The notes under the pieces are model-generated. The model did no database searches. It was not told the DNA's origin and was given only the letters and a program-made list of their open reading frames with translations. Shown here in pieces: positions 25,230-32,000 of a DNA stretch of 32,000 bases. The DNA comes from Nitrosopumilus maritimus SCM1 (GTDB lineage Archaea; Thermoproteota; Nitrososphaeria; Nitrososphaerales; Nitrosopumilaceae): contig NC_010085.1 of NCBI RefSeq assembly GCF_000018465.1, positions 570,001-602,000 of the forward strand. Reading direction: 5' to 3'. The stretch's first letter is position 1, and the number at the start of each line of letters is the position of its first letter. The position numbers and the translations under genes were made by a program.

Positions 25230-26483
25230 ATGAACACAAGGCATCTTATTCCTATTCTCGTTTCAATACAAATTATTTTGATTATTGCTAGTTTTTTATC
25301 ATTATCTCACTTCGTCAACGAACATACCATTTTTGAAAATTCTGTACTTCTTGTATCTGAACTCAAACAACATTCAGATGTACTGATCTTTGAAGTGCAC
25401 AAATATGTTAATGGAGTTCCATACGCAGATCCTGAAAACTCGATAATTCACATGGAAGAGGAATTTAACATATTAAAAAATGGGGGAGTGTCTCACAATT
25501 TGACCTTAAACCCCCTTCCAACTAAATTTTTAAACGCACATAATATTGCTCAAACCAAATTAATTGTTTATACTAATTATGTGGGAGAAATTCTAAAAGA
25601 AGAAAATCCAAAATTCGGTTTTAATGATTTAATATTTACAAATCTCGATACTGCAAAATTTGACACTAATGGTGCTTTAGATTATTTATTATCTCTGATG
25701 CTAGAAGAAAATAAAATTTACAGTAAAAATCTTTTAATTTTACAAATTGGTCTTGCAATCCTAAATGTTGGAGTGCATGTAATGGTGTTATTGATTATTC
25801 TTGATCTTTTAAGAAAACAATCTGAAAAAGAAAGGCGATTAGAAAAATTGGCTTCAATTGGAGAACTTGCATCCCGAGTTTCACATGACATACGTAATCC
25901 ATTGACTACAATTAAAGGAGTGGTAGATTTACTAACTTCACAAAAATCTACTGTAACTGATGAGAAAGACATTCAACGTTTAGAATTAATAAAAAAATCT
26001 GTTACTCAAATAAATCATCAGGTAGAAGATGTACTTGATTATGTTAGAACAAACAAAATTTCATTAGAAAAAACATCTTTGCTAGAAATAATTAATCTAG
26101 CTGCAAAACGTGTTTCTATCCCTGATTCTGTTGAGGTTTCATATCCTGAAAAAGACTATACAATAAGATGTGACAAACTCAAAATGGAGATTGTATTTGT
26201 GAATTTGTTGTTAAATGCAGTTGATGCAGTACGTAGAGAAGGAAAGATTGCAATTAGAATGAAAAGTGTTGATAACTTTATTGAGATTCAGGTGGAAGAC
26301 TCTGGACCTGGAATTGATTCGGAGTCTATCTCAGAAATATTTGAACCTCTTTTTACTCTAAAACAAAAAGGTACGGGTCTTGGGTTGGCTAGCTGCAAAA
26401 ATATCATAGAACAACATGAAGGCACAATCAATGTATCTAACAATCCAACAACATTTACAATTATGATTCCTTCAAATCTCTAA
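25230..26483 (+). CDS. Sensor histidine kinase (two TM segments, extracytoplasmic sensor region, HisKA and HATPase_c domains)
   Basis: Hydrophobic segments near residues 7-27 and 165-192. H-box SHDIRNPLTTIKG, N-box LLLNAVDA, G1 DSGPGI and G2 GTGLGL. There is no receiver-domain gene in the window. Confidence 0.9.
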   Translation: MNTRHLIPILVSIQIILIIASFLSLSHFVNEHTIFENSVLLVSELKQHSDVLIFEVHKYVNGVPYADPENSIIHMEEEFNILKNGGVSHNLTLNPLPTKFLNAHNIAQTKLIVYTNYVGEILKEENPKFGFNDLIFTNLDTAKFDTNGALDYLLSLMLEENKIYSKNLLILQIGLAILNVGVHVMVLLIILDLLRKQSEKERRLEKLASIGELASRVSHDIRNPLTTIKGVVDLLTSQKSTVTDEKDIQRLELIKKSVTQINHQVEDVLDYVRTNKISLEKTSLLEIINLAAKRVSIPDSVEVSYPEKDYTIRCDKLKMEIVFVNLLLNAVDAVRREGKIAIRMKSVDNFIEIQVEDSGPGIDSESISEIFEPLFTLKQKGTGLGLASCKNIIEQHEGTINVSNNPTTFTIMIPSNL

Positions 26484-26490
26484 TTACAAA

Positions 26491-27801
26491 CTAAATATCT
26501 TCAGCACATCTAAAACCTGAAAACAACCATCTTTCATCTAATCTAAAGAAATTCCTATAACTTCCACGTATTGACATTTTTGGTGTGCCAAACGAACCTC
26601 CTCTCAAAACTTTTTGATTTGTAAACCATTTGTCATTATATTCATCAAATCCTGTTTTGAAACCTGGATATCCTGTAAATTCTGATGATGTCCATTCCCA
26701 TATGTCTCCGATCATTTGCTGACATCCTGATGAACTGATTCCTTCTGGATATGTTCCAATCTCTGTGCATCCCCAGTGATATGATTCAAGAAGATTGGCT
26801 TTGTTCTCTGTTGGTTGTTCATTTCCCCATGGGAAAATGGTTTTTTCTTGTTTTGATTCATTCCAACATGCTGCTTTTTCCCATTCTGCTTCTGTTGGTA
26901 ATCTTTTTCCTGCCCATTTACAATATGCATCAGCCTCATAGAAACTGACATGGCATACTGGTTCATTTGGGTTAATTTCTCGGATTCCTAAAAAGTCTCT
27001 AACATTCCATTTACCATTAACTTTTTCCCAATACATTGGTGCATTCCATTTGTTATCTTTTACTTTCTCCCAACCATCTGATAACCAATACTTGTATGTC
27101 TCATATCCTCCATCTTCGATAAATTCTAGATATTGCTTGTTTGTAATTGGAAACACATCAATTTTGTAATTATTCAGGTATACTTTATGTTCTGGAAGTT
27201 CAATATCGTAGCAGAATTTTTTTCCATTGAATCCCATAGTGTATAATCCCCCGTTTATCTGAACAGAACTTTGTTCAACACTGTTTTGTTTTTGGATTTG
27301 ATTTTTCTTTACTGGTCTATATTGTTCAGCAAGAAGATGTTGTAAATCATACACTAACAATTCTTGATGTTGACATTCATGATGAAATCCCATTGTGATT
27401 AATCGAACTGCATTTTTGTCTAAAGACTGAGTTTCAATAAATTTCTCTACTCTTTGATTGATTGTATTGAAATATTGAAAAATCTGATCAACAGTTGGTC
27501 TAGAAATTACACCTCGCAATCCTTTGTCATGTGGAACGCCAAATTGTTGATAATAGGAATTAAGATATTCTGAAAATTCTTTTGAATAAAATTCATAATT
27601 TTTGTCTAGTTTACTCATAATTGCTTCATAAATCCAACTAACGTGTCCGACGTGCCATTTTGGTGGACTCATGAAAAATGCAGTTTGTACCACAAAATCA
27701 TCCTTTTCTAGAGTTTTTACTAACTCTAAAGTTCTACTTCTAGTTTCTCTAAATTGCTCAAGTAGAGGTTTTCTCTCTGTTAGTTCTGGATTTGTAGTCA
27801 T
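26491..27801 (-). CDS. egtB: Ergothioneine biosynthesis sulfoxide synthase EgtB (DinB_2 and FGE-sulfatase domains)
   Basis: The N-terminal DinB-like domain has WHVGHV and GFHHECQHQE (the H-x3-H-x-E iron site). The C-terminal FGE-like domain has YCKWAGKRLPTEAEWE, WEWTSS and LRGGSF. At 436 aa it has no extra methyltransferase domain, so it is not OvoA. Confidence 0.85.
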   Translation of the reverse strand: MTTNPELTERKPLLEQFRETRSRTLELVKTLEKDDFVVQTAFFMSPPKWHVGHVSWIYEAIMSKLDKNYEFYSKEFSEYLNSYYQQFGVPHDKGLRGVISRPTVDQIFQYFNTINQRVEKFIETQSLDKNAVRLITMGFHHECQHQELLVYDLQHLLAEQYRPVKKNQIQKQNSVEQSSVQINGGLYTMGFNGKKFCYDIELPEHKVYLNNYKIDVFPITNKQYLEFIEDGGYETYKYWLSDGWEKVKDNKWNAPMYWEKVNGKWNVRDFLGIREINPNEPVCHVSFYEADAYCKWAGKRLPTEAEWEKAACWNESKQEKTIFPWGNEQPTENKANLLESYHWGCTEIGTYPEGISSSGCQQMIGDIWEWTSSEFTGYPGFKTGFDEYNDKWFTNQKVLRGGSFGTPKMSIRGSYRNFFRLDERWLFSGFRCAEDI

Positions 27802-27842
27802 TACTAAAAAATTAATTTTTTTGTATTATTATATTTGGTGTA

Positions 27843-29285
27843 TCAATACCCTCTTGCAAAAATTGGAATTGATTTGCTTTGTTCCCCACAATACATGCAT
27901 TTTGAATTAGTATCTTCACTTCCAAATGGAATTACTCGTATATCTGCCCCTGTCTCTTCTTTTATCTTCTCTTCGCATTCTAATTTTCCACACCAAGGGG
28001 CGTTGAAGAATCCTCCTTCCTCAATTTTTAATTTGAATTCTGTGTAATCTGATACGTATTTCGTGTTTTCTTTTGATTGTTCTCGTGCCTTTTCTAACAT
28101 GTTTTTTTGTATCTCATCTAAAACCTCAACAACTTTTTCTATCTCACTAAATTGCAAATTTGTCTTTTCACGATTGTATCTTTTTGCAACAACAATGCTT
28201 TGTTTTTCAATATCTTTTGGTCCAATCTCTATGCGTATTGGAACCCCTTTCATCTCCCAGTCGTTGAATTTGTAGCCTGGTGACAATCCTTGTCTGTCGT
28301 CTACTTGAACTCGAATATCTTTTGCCTCTAAACTTTCTTGAATTTCTTTTACTTTTGGTAATACTTTGTCTCTTCCTTCATCATTTCTGTAAATTGGAAC
28401 AATCACTACTTGTGTTGGTGCAACTTTGGGTGGCAACACAAGACCCTGATCATCTCCGTGAGCCATTATCATTGCACCAATTAATCTCCAAGACACTCCC
28501 CATGATGTTTGCCATGCAAAATGTTCTACATTGTCTTTGTCAGCAAATTTTACTTCAAATGGTTTTGAAAAATTTTGTCCTAGGAAATGTGATGTGCCCA
28601 TTTGCAATGCTTTTCCATCTGGCATAATTGATTCCATTGTAGTTGTATATACTGCACCAACGAATTTTTCTTTCTCACTCTTCTTTCCAGTTGTAACTGG
28701 AATTGCTAATTCTTCTTCAACAGTATTTTTGTAAATGTCTAGAATTTTCATTACTTCTTGTTCTGCTTCTTCTTGTGTTATGTGCACAGTATGTCCTTCT
28801 TGCCACAAAAATTCTGATGTTCTGAGAAATGGTTTTGTTGCCTTGATTTCTGCACGTAATGCTGTATTCCAAAAATTAATCTTTAGTGGAAGATCCCTCC
28901 AACTCTGAATCCATTTTGAGTATAATGTGTATGCTAGTGTCTCAGATGTTGGTCTTAATGCTAGTCTGTCTCCAATTTCATTTGTTCCTGAATGTGTTAC
29001 CCAAAATACTTCTGGATTGAAACCTGCAAAGTGTTTTTGCTCTTTGCCTAACAGTGATTCAGGAATTAATACTGGAAGAAATCCATTTCTGATTCCGTTT
29101 TTTGCAAATTTTTTGTCAAATGTATTTTTCAATGATTCCCAAATGGAATGTCCATCTGGTCTGAGCACGATTAACCCTTTAACTGGTGCGTAATCTGCTA
29201 GTTTGGCTTTTAGTACAACTTGAGTATACCACTCACTAAAATCCTCATTCTTTGAAACTGTAATCCCCACATCTTCTTTACTCAA
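27843..29285 (-). CDS. proS: Prolyl-tRNA synthetase, archaeal/eukaryotic type
   Basis: Class II aaRS blocks: FSEWYTQVV, LRPTSET, AWQTSWGVSWRLIGAMIMAHGDDQGLVLPPKVAP and QVVIVPI. The C-terminal domain has CGKLECEEKIKE...CMYCG and a terminal Tyr. TTG start at 29285, with an alternative GTG five codons in. Confidence 0.95.
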   Translation of the reverse strand: MSKEDVGITVSKNEDFSEWYTQVVLKAKLADYAPVKGLIVLRPDGHSIWESLKNTFDKKFAKNGIRNGFLPVLIPESLLGKEQKHFAGFNPEVFWVTHSGTNEIGDRLALRPTSETLAYTLYSKWIQSWRDLPLKINFWNTALRAEIKATKPFLRTSEFLWQEGHTVHITQEEAEQEVMKILDIYKNTVEEELAIPVTTGKKSEKEKFVGAVYTTTMESIMPDGKALQMGTSHFLGQNFSKPFEVKFADKDNVEHFAWQTSWGVSWRLIGAMIMAHGDDQGLVLPPKVAPTQVVIVPIYRNDEGRDKVLPKVKEIQESLEAKDIRVQVDDRQGLSPGYKFNDWEMKGVPIRIEIGPKDIEKQSIVVAKRYNREKTNLQFSEIEKVVEVLDEIQKNMLEKAREQSKENTKYVSDYTEFKLKIEEGGFFNAPWCGKLECEEKIKEETGADIRVIPFGSEDTNSKCMYCGEQSKSIPIFARGY

Positions 29286-29344
29286 ACTAAAATTCTCAGA
29301 ATAAATTAACTAATGAGCTTTTCGTGAATTGTTCTTGTTTTTTG

Positions 29345-29629
29345 TTAAAGGGAATCGCCTTTGCATAGGACTTTGCCTGTAACTCTACTTTGGAAGTTTG
29401 GGCAAACAAAGCACTGTATAAAATGAATGTCGTCCTTTAGAACTGGACAAGCTACAAATTCTTGTTTCATTCTTTTGAGCATTTTTGGACTAACTCCTTT
29501 TAGTTTCAGTTTTCCTTTATCATCCATCATGCCTGACGCTTTTAGTTCTGCCTTGACGTTGTCTGGTAGCTTTTGTCGTCCTTCTCTTTCTTGAATTTCT
29601 ACTTCAAATTTGTGTTCTAATTCATCCAT
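29345..29629 (-). CDS. Hypothetical basic protein with a C-terminal Cys cluster (94 aa)
   Basis: ATG start, 59 nt upstream of proS on the same strand. FVACPVLKDDIHFIQCFVCPNFQSRVTGKVLC gives 4 Cys and 1 His. I recognise no family. Confidence 0.5.
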   Translation of the reverse strand: MDELEHKFEVEIQEREGRQKLPDNVKAELKASGMMDDKGKLKLKGVSPKMLKRMKQEFVACPVLKDDIHFIQCFVCPNFQSRVTGKVLCKGDSL

Positions 29630-29824
29630 ATCTATACGACTAACTCCGGTGATTTATTACTAGCGTTTGATCTTCAAAAATACTCCTATCAAAAATGGAT
29701 TTTTTATTTAAATATGTTCTAGTTTGATTTGTTGTTATTTGTATGTATGAAATGTGTATTTTCTAAATATTCATTTTTTTCATGTCAATTTAAAAAAAGA
29801 ATATAATAACTGGGTTTTCTTAAC

Positions 29825-30046
29825 ATGCGTATGAGATTAATTTTTCATATTTTTTTAATTCTTGGAACTATATTGATTAGTTTTCAAACCTTCTTTGTAT
29901 CTGAAGCATATGCTTATTTAGATCCTAGTACAGGTAGTATGTTTATTCATGTTATTATTGGTGCTCTTGTAGGTGTGGGAATTACTTTGAAAGTTTATTG
30001 GTTAAAAATAAAATTCAAATTATCAAATATGATGAAAAAAGAATAA
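29825..30046 (+). CDS. Hypothetical small membrane protein (73 aa)
   Basis: Two hydrophobic segments separated by AYAYLDPSTGS, with a basic tail. It lies in a very AT-rich spacer, so coding status is uncertain. Confidence 0.4.
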   Translation: MRMRLIFHIFLILGTILISFQTFFVSEAYAYLDPSTGSMFIHVIIGALVGVGITLKVYWLKIKFKLSNMMKKE

Positions 30047-30146
30047 TTTGATATTTTATCATCTTTTCTATGTCTAGCCTGAACCCAATAAGAGATCTCA
30101 CTTAATCTGCATTTTTATTAATGGAAGCATTAATTTTTCTATAAAT

Positions 30147-32000
30147 ATGATGTTTCATATGGACTGCTCAAATTTAGAAAATTTTTTTAGTTCCAAATCT
30201 GATGTACTAAAATTTCTTTTTCACAAACTCAAAAAATCCACTATCGAAGAAATGATGTTTTTTTCTATTTATGAATGGGATAAAAATAAAGAGAAAATTT
30301 TGTGTGAACTTTCTAACAACTTCCCCTCTGAATTAGTTATTGTTAGAAGCTCAGCAATGGGTGAGGATTCAATACAAAAATCTGAAGCTGGAAATTATTT
30401 GAGTATCCAAAATGTAAATTCTTCATCAAAGAAACAACTAGAAAAATCAATCCAAAAAGTGATTAATTCTTATCACAAGAAAGGCAATTACAATAAAAAT
30501 AATCAAATTTTAATTCAAAAACAATCCCTTGATATTATTACAAGTGGAGTTATTTTTTCAAAATCTCTCAATATTGGTTCACCTTATTATATCATAAATT
30601 TTGATGATGGAACAAATACTGATAGTGTTACAAAAGGTGAAGTTGGAAATATCATAAAAATTTCTAGATTTTCAGCTTCTGTAAAAATTCCATTAAAATG
30701 GAAAAAACTAATCAAATCTGTTCAAGAAATAGAGAAAATCTTAGGCACTGATTTACTTGATATCGAGTTTGGAATTAATATACATAAAGAAATTATTATT
30801 TTTCAAGTACGTCCGCTTACCTCTACAAAATCCATCACGATAAAAAATTTTAATAATCATTTTCCAAAATTAATAGAAACTAACAAAAAATATTTTTCAA
30901 AACTTCAAAAAAATCCCTCTCTGATTGGTAACAGAACAATTTTTTCTGATATGTCTGATTGGAATCCTGCAGAAATAATTGGCAGTAATCCGAATTTGTT
31001 AGATTATTCATTATATGATTATTTGATTATGAAAAATACTTGGAGTAAAAGTAGAGAAATGTTAGGTTACACCAAAGTGAAGACTAATTCTCTTATGGTA
31101 AAGTTTGGCCAAAAACCCTATGTTGATGTAAGATCAAGTTTCAATTCATTAATTCCTGCAAAAATCCCCAAAAAATTGAAATCCAAATTGATGGCTTATT
31201 ATATGAATAAAATCCAAAATTTCCCACATCTTCATGATAAAATTGAATTTGAAATTTTATTTTCTTGTTATGATCCGACAATAAAAAATCGACTAAATGA
31301 ATTACATAAATATAATTTTTCTAAAGAAGAAATTCATCAAATAGATCAATTGTTGAAAAAATTCACTGGAGATTTAATTGATAACTTTCCTAGTATTCTG
31401 AATGCTACACTTGATGCTATGAGACAATTAAAAGAGAATCGAGAGAAAAGTCTCAAAAGCTTAATTGATGTCAAATCACCTTCGAAAATTTTGAATACTC
31501 TTGAAAAATTGCTGAATGACTGTAGAAATATTGGTACTCTTTATTTCTCAATAATGGCTAGATTAGCCTTTGTTTCTTCAATAATTTTGAAAGGATTGGA
31601 AAAAAATGGAAATTTAGACTCAAAAATATTGGAAAACTTCATGAATACTTTACAAACCCCATTATCTGATATTCAACATGACCTAAATTCTTATGTAAAT
31701 GGAGATCTTTCAAGAAAACAATTTCTTGTAAAATATGGCCATTTGCGACCTGGAACTTATGATATTACTGCATCTCGTTACGATAAAGATAAAAATTTTT
31801 TCAATAATGTAAAATATCTTAAAAATGAAATTGACAAAATTTCTTTTAATGAATTTAAATTTAAAAAAATTTTTCAAAAACACATTCCTTTTGAATCTGA
31901 GAAATTCTTGTTTTTTATAAAAGAATCAATTTCTCAAAGAGAAAAAACAAAATTTGAATTTACCAAAAATTTGAGTTCGGTGATAGAATTAATTGCAATG
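30147..32000 (+). CDS. PEP/pyruvate-binding (PPDK_N, PEP synthase-like ATP-grasp) domain protein; C-terminus beyond the window
   Basis: My own translation is MMFHMDCSNLENFFSSKSDVLKFL...VIVRSSAMGEDS...AGNYLSIQNV...ILIQKQ...SGVIFS...IEFGIN...IIIFQVRPLT...DMSDWNPAEIIG...KYGHLRPGTYDIT... The SS...GED, G.y.S, viF and QvRP blocks and the later YGHR-like motif are typical of PEP synthase / PPDK N-terminal domains. I checked the frame is open from the stop at 30075-30077 to the window end. It is absent from the track because it has no stop in the window. Confidence 0.75.
   Translation, partial: MMFHMDCSNLENFFSSKSDVLKFLFHKLKKSTIEEMMFFSIYEWDKNKEKILCELSNNFPSELVIVRSSAMGEDSIQKSEAGNYLSIQNVNSSSKKQLEKSIQKVINSYHKKGNYNKNNQILIQKQSLDIITSGVIFSKSLNIGSPYYIINFDDGTNTDSVTKGEVGNIIKISRFSASVKIPLKWKKLIKSVQEIEKILGTDLLDIEFGINIHKEIIIFQVRPLTSTKSITIKNFNNHFPKLIETNKKYFSKLQKNPSLIGNRTIFSDMSDWNPAEIIGSNPNLLDYSLYDYLIMKNTWSKSREMLGYTKVKTNSLMVKFGQKPYVDVRSSFNSLIPAKIPKKLKSKLMAYYMNKIQNFPHLHDKIEFEILFSCYDPTIKNRLNELHKYNFSKEEIHQIDQLLKKFTGDLIDNFPSILNATLDAMRQLKENREKSLKSLIDVKSPSKILNTLEKLLNDCRNIGTLYFSIMARLAFVSSIILKGLEKNGNLDSKILENFMNTLQTPLSDIQHDLNSYVNGDLSRKQFLVKYGHLRPGTYDITASRYDKDKNFFNNVKYLKNEIDKISFNEFKFKKIFQKHIPFESEKFLFFIKESISQREKTKFEFTKNLSSVIELIAM

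Noticed and set aside
26491-27801. Whether the FGE-sulfatase-domain protein is a formylglycine-generating enzyme or OvoA rather than EgtB
   Set aside because: It has the N-terminal DinB-like domain with the H-x3-H-x-E iron site, which is absent from plain FGE. At 436 aa it lacks the C-terminal methyltransferase domain of OvoA. An egtD gene lies 2.7 kb away.
1-32000. Search for tRNA or rRNA genes, transposases or integrases, prophage remnants, toxin-antitoxin pairs or known defence systems
   Set aside because: All spacers longer than 80 nt (330-438, 5167-5346, 8001-8081, 10166-10410, 16099-16201, 18035-18209, 22700-22792, 24420-24506, 29630-29824, 30047-30146) were read on both strands. None shows a GC-rich cloverleaf-like segment, and no ORF shows recombinase, nuclease or defence-type motifs that I recognise.

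Overview
AT-rich, very gene-dense archaeal chromosomal segment with about 37 protein-coding genes on both strands and many convergent gene pairs whose stop codons abut or overlap. The gene content includes Alba, archaeal-type ProRS, deoxyhypusine synthase, geranylgeranyl-lipid reductase, a PAC2-like chaperone, an archaeosortase-family protein, short-form inositol-1-phosphate synthase, a Y-family polymerase, SMC and many tiny Zn-finger proteins. With the composition, this looks like a marine ammonia-oxidising thaumarchaeon (Nitrosopumilus-like); that taxon call is inference only. I found no rRNA or tRNA, CRISPR array, transposase or integrase, or recognisable defence system. Most of the window is core housekeeping, and I cannot point to a clear-cut novel multi-gene system. 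The best candidates for a second look are: (1) a DsbA-like gene with zero spacer to an unrecognised 4-TM protein carrying an intramembrane Cys-x-Cys, next to (2) an archaeosortase-family protein with Ser where the nucleophile Cys is expected; (3) an Alba gene preceded in frame by 19 perfect copies of an 18-bp repeat encoding (EPEPTP)n; (4) ergothioneine genes egtD and egtB split by an FMN reductase, a second DsbA-like gene and an orphan sensor kinase; (5) a 992-aa secreted protein with three related beta-rich modules; (6) classical C2H2 zinc-finger mini-proteins; (7) a more AT-rich stretch from about 29.6 kb that starts with a PEP-utilising-type enzyme and may be the edge of an accessory region. 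All family assignments rest on motifs read by eye, with no database search. The ORF track evidently allows TTG and GTG starts, so several start coordinates are provisional.
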